From Ancylonema sp. (taxonomy: Eukaryota), in NCBI GenBank assembly GCA_050230475.1, contig JBFLGF010000153.1, forward strand, positions 1 through 64,000: a stretch of DNA of 64,000 bases, in the 5' to 3' direction. The notes under the pieces were generated by a model. The model was not told the DNA's origin, made no database searches, and worked only from the letters and a program-made list of their open reading frames with translations. The number at the start of each line of letters is the position of its first letter. Positions within the stretch are counted from its first letter, which is position 1. Below, one piece after another: positions 12,335-25,100 of this stretch. The translations under genes and the position numbers were made by a program.

Positions 12335-15300
12335 CTAGTCATCCCCTCCTTCATCCTCGCTGTCCTCGTCATCACTGCACAAAACCGCGACATGAACGCT
12401 GAGCAGATGCACACCCTCCCCCCCCCCCTCCCTTGTCCGGCCCCTACCTGAGTTCGGCCTGTTTGGCTATTCTCCGGGCGTCCAGCCCCGTGATGTACTT
12501 CTGCGCCGCCTGCACGTGCTCCACACCTTTGGAGAGTTGGAAGAGATGCATTGCCGTGCGCTCCGCTTCCAGCCTCACTGGCTGACACGTGTCCTTCAGA
12601 CAGCTCGCCACCCTGGGTGCCAGCGTGGGCAGGGAGGGGGCCAGAGTGGCAGCCTGCATCTTGCACACCTCCTTCACGGCCGCCAGCGCCCTTCTGCGCA
12701 CGTCGCTGGCCTCGTCAGCGAGCAGGGCGAACAAAGAGGGCAGCAGCAGCACTTCCCCCGGCAATCTCTGCACAAGCAGGCGCCCCATGGCCTTGGCCGC
12801 CCCTTCTCTCACGGGCACCTTGTCGTCCCTCCCCCACCGCTGCAACCTGCCCACCACCGCTTGTAGCACGACAGGTGTCCCCGTCACGCGCTCCGGAGCG
12901 TGGCGGATGCAGGCAGCCACTGCCAACGTGGCCCCATGCCTGCGGGTCCAGCTGTCACTGCCCCCGGACCCCACCAGGCTCTCCACCAACGCCGCCACCG
13001 CATCCTCTTCCAGGAACTGGCAGGACAGGCCTAGCGCCTGTGCCGCCAGCACTCGGATGGCCTCCTCCTCCTCCCCCCGCAGCCCTCGGAGCGCCTCCAC
13101 GCCTCTTCCCCACACGGGGGCGGACGCGTTCTTCCCCGCGTGCTGCAGCACTCCTTTGAAAGCGGAGAGCGTGGTCTCCCGCACCCCCCCCTCCCCGCCC
13201 TGCAGGCTGCTCACCAGATCCCCCAGCAGCCCGTCCACTTTGGGGTTGAGTCCGGTGAGCCTGCCCAGCGCCTTGGCGCCCCTGGAGCGCACGCTGCGGT
13301 TGCTGTCCTGCAGACACTTCACAAAGGTGCTCTGCAGCTGCGGCAGAAAGGGCTTCAGCGCGGACCCTGCCTTGCGGATGATTCGCAGGAGAGTCCCCAG
13401 GATAGCGGCCTTCACTTGCCACGGGAAGCGGTCCCCGATGATGCGGATCAACGGCCCCGTGATGGTGATCACAAAGGGCCGCAGAGAGGCCTCGCTGGTC
13501 ACCTCCACCAGCTCCCCCAGCCCCTCCGCCGACTGCTCTCTCAGCTCTGCCGACCCGCTGATGAGGCCCTGAAGGAACACATCCACCACCGGCTGCAGCG
13601 CCTTGGGGAGGCAGAACCCTGGGATCAGGATGGGCTGCCCCTTCTGCACCCCACCCCAGCGCTCCCCTGTGTCAACCTCCCCTCCCCTCCCTGTGCGAGT
13701 GAGGCGCCCTCACCTTGCTCCTCCTCCTCTCCTTCTCCCTGGCGGTGGCAATGGCGTCCCTCACAGTCTTCAGGTGGTGCGGCAGGTTGGGTTTGCCCAC
13801 ACTGCGGGTGACGCTGCCCAGCGCCTCCCAGGCTGCCTTCAGTGCGCCCGCGTCGCTGTCGGTGAGCATGAGGATGAGGGTGGAGAGGAGCATCCCCACT
13901 TCCTCCTCGAACTCCACGCGGCTGCTGGAACAGAAAAAGGACAGCAGCTTGCACCCGCCTGTGCGCGTTGACGCCTGCCCACCCACCACCCACCACCCAC
14001 CACCCGCACTCAGTCCCCCCCCCCGGCCTCCCGCATGTGTGAGTGAGGGAGGTGGGACCTGCGGGTCCTGCATGGTGGTGAGCAGCTGCTCCAGGAGGGT
14101 GTCCAGCCCGTCCGCATCCACGGACAGGACCACCATCTGCGCAGCCGCACGCGTGGCCTCTGCCAGCTCACTCTGCACACCACGCGCGCAACAGAGGCTG
14201 TCACCTCCCCCTCCTTCCAGACCTCTGCCTGGACTCACATCCTGTGTGTTGCCCATGGCTGCGACAAGTGGCGGCAGCACGGTGGCCAGGTGTGGGTTCA
14301 GGCCAGCGCCTGCCACCTCAGCAATGGCTCCGAGTGCTTGCGCGTTGAAGACCCTGCGCCGGCATCCCACCTCCCCAACTCACTCCCCCATCCCCCACAA
14401 GGCAGCAGAGGGTGGGAGGTGGCTCACGTGAGCGGGGGATGCACGAGCTTGGGCAGCACGTGTGGCAGCACGGCATGCGTTCTGACGCTGAGGATCTGCT
14501 TCAGACCGTCCAGTCCTTTGGCCGCCCCCTTTGGGTCCTCCAGCGCCAGCAGCAGCTGCGGCACGATCTCGTCCACGGCCTGCATGCCCACGTTCTTGTA
14601 CAAGGTGCTGAACGCCTGCCCCGCCGCCTCCCGCACCTCCGCCTCGCTGTCGCACAGGGCGGCGCGGACGGTGGGGATGACCTCATCCATGTACGCAGCC
14701 AGCTGCTGCCGCCCTGCGCAGGCCATGACCTCGGTCAGGCCTGTGCACACCCCCTGGCGGGTGGAGGCCAGCTCGTCCTCCAGCCCCTCCGCCAGGTTGG
14801 GGATGATCAACGGCAGGACGCGGTCGCCCAGTTTGCGGACCAGCTCGCCCAGGGCCCTGCCTGCCACCTGGCGGCGGTCCGCTGAGGTGGAGGAGAGGCT
14901 CTCGATGAGGGTGCGCATGAGCACCGGCATGATCTCCTTGAGCATCTTGGGCGTGTTGGTGACGATGCTCTTCCACACGTGCACGGCCGCCTGGCGCACG
15001 GGCAGCATCACGTCAGAGCGCACCATGTACACTATGGAGAGCACAGAGTTGCGACGCTCCCGGCCGAGGGCCTCTTCGATGGCGCGCCCGTGCGCCTCTG
15101 TGCTGGCGCCCTCGTCGTCGCTGCCCCCGTCCACCACCACCTTGCCGCTGGTGCCCGCCACCTTGAACAGCAGGTCGCCCAGCAGCTCCACAGAGCTCTG
15201 GCGGATGCGCCACGTGTCGTTCAGAATACCCTCCTCCACCGCGGGCAGCAGGAGAGGCAGCGACCTGCCACCCAAACGATGGACGAACAACAATCGACCA

Positions 15301-18300
15301 TCGGTACAATGGGAGGAGGCAGGGGAGAGGGGCGGAGGGATCGTACGTTGCCGCGTAGTGCTCCACCAGGACACGGCCAGCTGTGAGCGCCGCGTCGCGC
15401 ACCGACTCGTTCTCGTCCGCCAATCCTGCACCCACTCCTCTCCCTTCACCCCTTCAGCCCTCGAGCCCCTGTGCGTCCCAGAGGCTGCCGCAGGGGGGCA
15501 GGGGGGCAGGGGGGCCTTCACCGTCCAGGATGGCCGGCAGCACGCGGGGGAGGTACTTTTGGAAGGACGGTTTAAAGACCACGGGGAGGTACTGCACACC
15601 CGCCACCACACCCACCCTCTCACTCCCCCCCCCCTGCACACACACAGTCGGAGCCGTGGCGGGTGGAGGGGGGCGGTACTTTGAAGAGGGTGAGGTGCCC
15701 GTCCCGCACGGACGCCTGTCGGTGGGAGCAGTTGGCCACGATCTCTGGCAGCAGGCTCTCCAGTTTGGTCGGGCCCAGCGCCGCCAGCACCTCGCTGAGG
15801 CCCTGCGCGGCTCCAGACCTCTCCACTCCGGACGCGTCGGACTTGAGCGTCTCCAGGAGCCACGGCAGCCTCCCCGAACTTCTCCTCCCCCATCCCCTTC
15901 ACCAGCTGCCCCAGCGCCCAGGCCGCCACGTTGCGCACCTCTGGACTGGGGTCCACCACCACCTTCTTCACCTCCGGCAGCAGCAGGTGGAGGTAGGGCA
16001 GCATGTCTTGCGCCTCCGTGACCAGCGAGCACATGTTGCCCGTGATCTGCGCCGCCTTCTTCTTCGTCTCTGCAGACCTCTCCCTCAGTCCGCGGTGCAC
16101 GATGGGCACCAGCAGGGCCAGGGAGGCGGCGTCCACGGAGTTCACAAAGGTGGTGTGCAGGAGGGCGTCCAGGGAGGCCTTGGTGTGCAGCGCGGGGTCC
16201 GCCAGCCCCAGGAGCAGGGTGGGCACCAGAGCCCCGATTTCGGGGTTGCGGATCACGCTCCCCACCTGCTGCAGCGCCGTCTGTGCGGCCGTCGGCACCT
16301 TGGGGTGGGTGTCGGTGAGCACCTGGGAGAGCTTGGGCACCACGGTGGGCAGGCAGTGGCTGAGCTGCTTGGGTGCGCAGAAGGCCATGGCGCCCAGAAG
16401 CTGCACGCTGCCCTGCTTTGTGCGCCACTGCTTGTCGCCCAGCCCGCGCAGCAGGCTGGGCAGCAGGAGCTTCACTCCCGGACCCGACAGAGCTGGCCCA
16501 TGATGGTGCGAGACGCGCCCTCCGTGGCCTCTCGAACCGCCACTACGGGGTCGGAGAAGCAGGTGAGGAGGATGGGGAGGATCTGGATCACGTACCTGCA
16601 CACAGGCACACAGGCACACAGGGGGTGCTGTAGACACACAGGGACAGTGGGTGGCAGTGGCAGTGGCCGGGTGGACTCACGGCTCAAACAGGCGGCCGAG
16701 CTTCTCTGACAGCGCCTGGAACCCAAACAGAGCGCCTTCGCGGCACTTGGGCGACTGCCTGCCCACATCCAAGGCGACTGAGATCATGAACCCCAACCCC
16801 TGGACGGTAGACAGTAGGCAGTGGGTGTGGGGGCAGGACCGCTCTTATCCTCCACCCCCAGCTTCAGCGCCTCCATCACTCCATAGTTTTTGAGGGAGGA
16901 GAGACGGAGGCCTTTGCACACGCCAGCCAGCCCGAACGCCGCCCCCCTCCTCTCCCCATACTTGTCGCTGTGCATCAGCGTTTCCAGTAGCTCCTGCACC
17001 AGCTCATGCGCAGCGCCCTCCTGGGAGTCCATGAGGGGCGGCAGGCAGTTCGAGACGGCGCGCTGCACCGACTCGGAGGGCGTGCGCAGCAGCTCCACCA
17101 GGCGACCCACGATCTCACGCACCCTCTCCATGTCCTGAACACCGCCCACGGCCACTGCACTCAGCAACCCCTCCTCCTCTCCCCCCCTCTCCCCTCACCT
17201 CCTTGAAGTGGTTGGCGAGCGCTCCGAGGAACACCACCACACCCTCCCGCACGCTGTCATAGCGCTCCTCGTCCCCCCCCGCCCCCGGTTTCTTGTCCCG
17301 GTAGTTCTGGAAGATGGGCAGCAGCAGAGCGATGTGGGTTTTGCCGTGGCGCTCAATGAGGGCCACCCCCGCCTCCACCATACACGCCCGCACCGAGGGA
17401 TTCGAATCAGCCTGCAAGGGACGGGGGCGAAGGGCAGGAATCCTATTGGCACCCCTCTCTCTCTCCCTCCCTCCCCCCCTCCCCCTCCCAACCCAGCCCC
17501 CTACCAGTGCCCTGCCCATGAGGAAGGTGGTGACCATCTCGATGTCGCGCGACGTCAGCACGTCTGCTGCCGCCTGGAGAGTGAGCGCCACGCCCTCCCT
17601 CGCCCTCCACTCCCCATCCTCTCCCATCCGCCCCACGGGGGTGTGGCGCGAGTACTCCGCGAAGAGAGCCGACACCGTGGCCTGCCCCACCGCACCGCCC
17701 ACCATCACACCCCGCCCGCTGTCGCCCCCCTCCCCCCCCCCCTTACCGCCACTGTGGTGGGGTAATCGTCCATGGCATCCGCCAGCGCCTCTGCCGCCGC
17801 CTGCCTCACGTTCTTGTTGGGGTGGTTGAGAGAGGCGATGAGGGGGGCGGCGTAGGCAGCGCCCAGCTCGTGTGCGTACAGGTCCCAAGCAGTCTCCGCA
17901 GCCTCCAGGTTGGCTTTGTGAGGGTCGTGCTGGGCCAGCCACAGGGCAGATGCCAGGAGAGGGTCTTCGGGGATGGCTCTGGCTGCCAGCTCGGGCATGT
18001 ACTTGATGGCCTCCAAGCATGCGGCGCGCACCATAGGCTGCGCCGCGTACACGCCCTCCACGGCAGCCAACAGGTCGGGCTGCTTCAGTCCGTTGCAGAG
18101 GTCGCGCAGGAGGAGGCGGATCTGTTCCCCATACCCCGCAGTCGTAGCCAGCACGTGGTAGAGGGCGCGGATCATGCGCAGGCGGGGCAGCACGATGAAG
18201 GGCGACGAGTGCAGCGTCAGCACCACGAGGATGTCCGCGTGGACGCGGGTCTCGCGCGGGGCCCACAAAATGGCCTCCAGAATCTGCCACGGACCACTCA

Positions 18301-21300
18301 CGGCACCCGTGTTAGCTGTGCCAATCCCAGCCTGACAGCTGTCCCTCACGGCACCCTCACCGGAAAAACAAACCCGAAGGAGGCCGCCGGCAGAGGCCCC
18401 TTCTTGCAGGCCCTCGCGATCCCGCCCACCACCCTCTCCACCACTCCCACCCCTCCCTCCTCTGCCCCTTTCCCTCCGTTCCTCCTCCTCAGCGTGTCCA
18501 CTGCCAGCTGTGCCTGCACGGCCTCTGGTGCTGACACCACCTGACAGATGGCGCTGGCCAGTTGGGTGCCCAGGGGGGTGTGGGAGGGGGCCACACAGAG
18601 GCAGAGCTTCTCTGTGGCAGCGTATGCCTCAGAGGCCACCAGGGGGGAGGAGAGCAGGGGGAGGACAAAGGCCACCAGGGAGGGCAGCTGGTCGTGAGCA
18701 AAGGGGGTGTTGGCGGTCGCTGCAGCCCCCAAAGCATGCAGCACCACTGCCAATCGCTCCCGTACTGCCTCCCTGGCACCCCGCTGCTGCCTTTCTGCCA
18801 GCAAGTCTGCCTCCCTGGCCTCCTCCTTGCCCGTCTTGCCCTTCTCGCCCTCTGCCACCGACCGATCCCTCACTTCACTCACCCCTCCCACTACAGCCTG
18901 CCACCCTGCCACCCTGAAGCATCCCCTCACCCGTCCTCCTCGGGGCCTTCTTCCCTCCCACGTTGGCCTTCTGGTTCATGGAAGGGCGCAGGGGGCCGGC
19001 ACGCGCAGCTACCCTCCCCGCCTCCTCCTCCTCCTCATCATCATCATACATCTTCATCCGCCCCCTGGCCAGCCGCACATTCTTGTCGCGCACCAGGGCA
19101 GCCACGTACACCCCTTCCTCAGACGACAGAGTGCCTTCAGGAGTGTTGTAAATCTGCACCCCTCCCCATGCCGCGCGTCAGCACCCTCCCCTCCACCAGC
19201 CCTAGTGTTTGAGGTGGCAGTGAGCACCTTGATGTCCCTCTCACTCAGCTTGTCGTGCGTGTCTCTGTCCGCCAGCCCCTCCAGCTCCTGCGACCCACCC
19301 GAGATGTGAGTCTGTGCCTCTTGTCAGCGGGGTGGTGCACACGAATGGCAGTGACTGACAGTGAGGAGGTGGGGGAAGAGGTCCTGTGGCATCCTCTGCA
19401 TGGCACTGGCGATGGCGTGGACAGCCGCCTCTGACTCAGCACCACCACAGCTGGCCAGGCCATGGGGCCCACACAAAATCTGACATACAGCGCACATGTC
19501 AGCGCTCGGGGTGCTGAGAAGGATACAGGCCATGACGTAGGATGCATGTGCGGCGCCTGCCACACCTTCTCTCTCTCATTGTCTTTGAGGGGAGAAGGGG
19601 TGGTGTGCCTGGTGTTGCTGTGGGTGTGCTGTAGGCCGCCAGGCAGGAAGCTCGAGAGGAGGCGGGAAAACCAGACACCTCATTCCCTGCCCTAATACCC
19701 TAATACCCTATAACCCTATTACCTTGCCCACAATGGCGGCATCTGCACCCATCACCCTCGCCATCACCACTTTTTTCTCTGCCATCGCCCTGCTCAGGGC
19801 CTGCACCGCCCACACAACCTCACATGCGATCCTAAAGCAAGGAGGCAGTCGGCAGCAGGCAGCAGCAGAAGGGTACCCACCTTCCAGACCGAGTCTTTTT
19901 GGTGTCCCGGCACAACACACCCATGGTGCGCTGCCAGCATCATGCGTGCGCAGACCCCCGCCTTGGCAGCCATGGCAGGAGCTGCCACAGCCAGGAGGGC
20001 CTTGGCTAGGATCTGCGCTGAAGGCACCTGGAGCGCCCCTGTGTCCAGGGGGGTACCATCCACCAGGGACTCACTGCCATCCACCTCCCTTCTGCCAGGT
20101 GTCAACATCGGAGTGCACGGAGGAGTGTGGATGCGGATTCTGACCTCGCTTTGATGGCCGCCTGCCTGCTCTCCAGCACAGCCAGCCATCCAATGAAGGC
20201 ATCCAGAAAGGCCCCAGAGAATTGAGGGACTGCGACGTGGCAGCGTGCCACCACTTGGGTGGCACGCTGTCGCACAGCCCACACGGGATGCCACAGAAGA
20301 GACACCGCCAGCTGGCAGTCACGGGTGGAAGGAAACGTGTGAGGCACCACCCCTCCACCTCCCCACTATCACACCTCCCACCCCCCCACCTGAAAGACGT
20401 CACTGGACTTCTCTTGCGCTGCCGTGACTCTGCACCCGCCCCACTCCAACAACCACCGCCTCACCCACCTGTCGTGCTTACCAACACCCCACCCCACCGC
20501 CACCCCAGCCCTCCACCTGTCTGCATAATGCAACAGCAACACCTCCACTAGATCCGGCAGCGTAGCTACCACATCCTCCGTCACACGTGCCACCTGTCGC
20601 CCCCTCCAGCCACGTGAGCTATCCCATGAGAAGAGAGCAGCCCTGCTGCCTTATCCTCACCACGCTGGGGGACAAGAGGGGCGCCTCTGGCTGCAGGAGC
20701 AGCAGCCACAGCTTCTCCTTCGCCACCAACTCCTCTGCACATGCACCGATAGTCCATAGTGAACAGGCTGCTGCCGTCACAAAGTGGGGTTGTCATGTCA
20801 GTTACCTGTTCCCCCGTGCTGCGCTGCAATCTGCAGGAGCAGCAGCAGCGCGACCACCCCCTCCCCCCGCTGGGACACCTTGGTGCTCCCTCCCTTCACC
20901 ACACCCACCAGGGCCTCTGGCAGCCCCCCCCCACCCATCTCCCCCCGCATCTCCACATTGCTGAAAGCCGTGTAGAGAGAGAGCAGTGCTGCCCTTCTCA
21001 GCGCCTCCTTATCCCTCAACCCTGCTACGAAGAACGGCTGTGCGCCGTTGGGCACAGCCCCCCCCACTCGGCTGAGCCAGCGACCCAACGCGCCCCACAC
21101 GGCCACTCGAACCTCCTCGTTCAGCTCCTCCTTGTAGGCCGCCAGCAGAAAGGCGCAGACAGTCCCCCCCAGACCTGCTGAGGACTTGCCAGGTGGCATT
21201 GCCTCCAGGGCCTGGATGGCAAGCACCATGCCCAGGCGCTGGAAGGGGGCAGTGAGCTTGCCCTCGGAGCCCCCCAGCAGCCCCTTGATGAGCAGGAAGG

Positions 21301-23500
21301 CCTGCTCCACTGCCCCCGCGTCGGAGCTGCCCTTCACCGCTTGGCGCAAGGCCAGCAGGGCCTCCCTCCTCTTGGCCTCGTCTGCCACACGGCACTGCTG
21401 CAGGAGGACAGGTGTCAACTCCGCCAGGTACTTGCTGAGGTCCACACTCACAGCACCCAGAAGGTATCCTGGTGAGGGGTAGAGGGTCAGATAACCGTCA
21501 GGGTTCGACCCATGTTGAGGAGAGAAGGTTGGTTCAGGATTCAGGGTTTTCGGAGACTTCTGCCTCACTCGAGCTGGGAACTGGTCCATAATTCCTGGGC
21601 TTGCCAGCTGGCACTCACCTACTGGTCCCATAACAAGCTCTGGGTTCCTCTTCATCATCTTCACAGCTGTGGGGACCACGCTGCCCCCAAACTCTTCGTG
21701 ACTCAGCTTAGTCAGGAGGGGACGGAAAGATGAGCTGGCGACAGGTGGCGGGCGCTCACGTGCGGTGAGCACAAGCGTGAGATAGATCTGGAGGAAAGGG
21801 GCCTGCAGAGGGAGGGGGCATGCCACGCGGGACCGGTTCATGCTAAACTTCGGGGATGGGATGTACATGAGATAGGAACGGATGGTGCACGGTGCAGGGT
21901 TTCGGGTTCATGTTTAGGGTTTTGAGTTTGGGGCTTCTATAGTTTACAACTTCCCCCCTCACCCTGACTGAGTCGAGTCGCGCGGCATCCTGGGCAGCAT
22001 ACACCAGCAGCGCCTCGAGGAGACCCACCGACTCAAAGGACAGCGTCATGCCCTTCACCTCCCCAACATACACCTCAAACGCAGGCGCCACCTAGCAGAG
22101 GAGGTGGCAGGTGCTGGTCAGAGCCAGACAAAGCCATGTGATGTGTGCCTTTTGGTGTAAAATTCGATTCAATTGATGGATGCGGATTTAGGGTTTCTGT
22201 GTAAAAATACACACTGACTGGAATATGCATCTGTCCAACTATTTTAAATACCCTAAATCTCACTGCAACGAATGTCACGGGAGCATCTGTCGGGGTAGGG
22301 TGGGAAGCTGCCACCCTGGCTTCTGCCAATATATTGACTCTACATCTGTCCAAAACCCTACTGCATACACACTCATCAATGCCCCAAACGGCACCCACCT
22401 TCCTCATCAGGTTCCCAAACAGCCTCAGAGCCCCTGCCCTCGCTCCCCGCCCGCTCTGCAGCACAGCCGTGAGCAGCGTGGCCTGAACCCCGATCAGCTT
22501 GCTCACCGCAGCCTTGGACTGAAGCACCTCTGGACTGGTCTCCAGCAGGAGAAAGATCCACCTCACCACCTTGTACTGGACGCCAGGTGGCGCACCCTTA
22601 CTGCATCGGACAGCTGTCATCGCCAGAGTGGCTGTGAAGGCCTTGACAAATGAGGGGTCGCGAGTCAGGCTCTGGCGAATGACGGCTTCTACGGCATTCT
22701 GAGAAGCGCGGTCGTTGTAGAGGGGGAGGGTCTCAAAGATGCAACTGGTCAGAGCACTTGCCAGCTGGCTGAAGTTGGAATCTGTCAAACAGGACCCCCC
22801 CACAACCAACCGAAGTTAGAATTCAGAAGTTAGAAATCAGGTGTGATCACTTCTCCCCATCGATATCATGACAGACATAACATCTGTGAACCTCGTGCGT
22901 GCAGGAGAAAGACGGTTATTTTTATAAGATACCAAATTGCGACAAGTACGAAGAAGGGGTGGCATGTGAAAAGTGCCCCCTGTCGTGCCTCTCGCTCCCC
23001 ACCACCTTCAGTCATGTGACAGAGCATTTATCGCGAGAAAAATGTCATACCCATATAGCATTGCAGTCAGGAAACAACAGCCTCGGAATTTCGCTCAAAA
23101 CCTGTGGGCCTGATACCTACTTCAGACGGCAATTGAAGCTTCATTGCAAGTCACAAGTCTTCGATGAGGGTGTCTTCATGGGCGAAATTAGATTTATGCG
23201 AAGTACTGAGAGAAAGGAGTCGAGGAATTTATGGTGGACAAGTCATTATAAATTAATGGATTCTGTGATTAAGCGATTCATAGACACCAGAGCACGCGCA
23301 TGCAGCCTCACAATTCTGGCATGATGCGAGGACAGTGTTCGGGTGAAGGACAGGAACGCTGTGAACCGTGCATCCGACCAGGTACCTTGTTGGCTCATGG
23401 CTGAGCTGAGAGTGGCCCGGAAATGCGCCACGCGCTCCTTAGTGGAACCCGTGCGCACGTGCTCAAAAACTTTATCGAGAATTGGCTCCAGATCCATCAT
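12335..23500 (-). CDS. GCN1: GCN1 / ILITYHIA HEAT-repeat eIF2alpha-kinase activator (many exons; apparent lesions at ~15870, ~16490, ~16845)
   Basis: Conserved GCN1 segments: RTPSESVQRAVSNCLPPL, YGERRGAAFGLAGV.KG, WRTKQGSVQLLGAMAFCAPKQLSHCLP..VPKL, WRIRQSSVELLGDLLFKVAG, ITGPLIRIIGDRFPWQVKAAIL and LKPFLPQLQSTFVKCLQD. First exon MMDLEPILDKV at 23500. Last exon SDDEDSEDEGGDD*, stop at 12335. Confidence 0.93.
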
Positions 23501-23827
23501 CTTTTTCAGTATGTCAAGCTCGTAATTTCAAAACATTGTCAGCCGACCATTTGCCACACCTATTGAAATGATGTTTGCTCGTCAGATGGAGGTTCCTGCG
23601 TGACTGACAGAGCCCTCAGCACTGACCCAGTCATCTGCGCGTGGAGCCATGTAGTCTCCCGTGCTCACCAGCATCAGTATGACCACATTTTTTGCGTGAA
23701 AACTAAGGCATTGTAAAAAAACACACATCAGTGGTCAAAGGTTTTAGTAGTCGCCGATTCTTTTAACCCAATAAACAACAATCGTCACACGGATGGCCAG
23801 ATACGAAGTTGTTTGGTGCGTACCGAN

Positions 23828-25100
23828 AGATCCACCTCACCACCTTGTACTGGACGCCAGGTGGCGCACCCTTACTGCATCGGACAGCTGTCATCGCCAG
23901 AGTGGCTGTGAAGGCCTTGACGAATGACGGGTCGCGGGTCAGGCTCTGGCGAATGACGGCCTCTACGGCATCCTCAGAAGCGCGGTCGTTGTAGAGGGGG
24001 AGGGTCTCAAAAATGCAACTGGTCAGAGCACTTGCCAGCTGGCTGAAGTTGGAATCTGTCAAACGGGACCCCCCCACAACCGACCCAAGTCAGGAATCGG
24101 GTGTAATCACTTCTCCCCATTGATACCATGACAGACATAACATCTGTGATCCTCGTGCGTGCAGGAGAAATACGGTTATCTTCATAACAAATACCAAATT
24201 GCAACGAGTACGAAGAAGGGGGGGTGGTTAGTGAAAAGTGCCCCTGTCGTGCCTGTCGCTCCCCACCATTTTTCAGTCATGTGACAGAGCATTTATCGCG
24301 AGAAAAATGCCATACCCATCCAGCATGGCAGTCAGGAAACAACAGCCTCGGAATTTGGCTCAAATCCTATGTGCCACTTCAGACGGCAACTCAAGCCTCA
24401 TTGCGAGTCACGAGTCTTCGATGAGGGTGTCTACATGAGCGAAATTAGATTCATGCGAATTAAATACTGAGAGAAAGGAGTCAAGGGTGGGTCAAATTTA
24501 TGGTGGATAAGTCATTATAAATTCATAGATTCTGTGATTGAACGATTCACAGTCACCAAAGCACGCGCATGCAGCCTCACAATTCTGGCAGGATGTGAGG
24601 GTAGTGTTCGGATGAAGGTCGGGAACTCTGTGAACCGTGCATCTGACCAGGTACCTTGTTGGCTAATAGCTGAGCTGAGAGTGGCCCGGAAAAGCGCCAC
24701 GCGCTCCTTTGTGGAACTCGTGCGCACGTGCTCAAAAACTTCATCGAGAATTGGCTCCAGATCCATCATCTTTTTCAGTATGTCAAGCTCGTAATTTCAG
24801 AACATTGTCAGCCTACCATTTGCCGCACCTATTGAAACGATGTTCGCTCTCGTCAGATGGAGGTTCCTACGTGACTGTCAGAGCCCTCAGCTCTGACCCA
24901 GTCATCTACGCGCGGAGTCATCTGCTCCCCCGTGATCTGTCCAGCATCTGTTTTGGCGACCTTGCTTGCGTGAAAACTAAGGCATTGTTAGAATAAACAA
25001 CATCAGTGGTCAAAGGTTTTAGTAGTCGCCAATTCTTTTGACCCAATCAACAACAATTGTCACACGGATGGCCAGATACGAAGTTGTTTGGTGCGTACCG
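23828..25100 (-). pseudogene. GCN1: Tandem duplicate of the GCN1 5' end (upstream region, exon 1, part of exon 2)
   Basis: Diverged copy of 22554-23825 (MMDLEPILDEVFEHVRTSSTKERV; DSNFSQLASALTSCIFETLPLY), truncated at the single N at 23827. Confidence 0.8.

Noticed and set aside
12516..21500. Many long plus-strand ORFs (e.g. 14290-15684, 12589-13572)
   Set aside because: Antisense shadows of GC-rich GCN1 exons with low-complexity translations.
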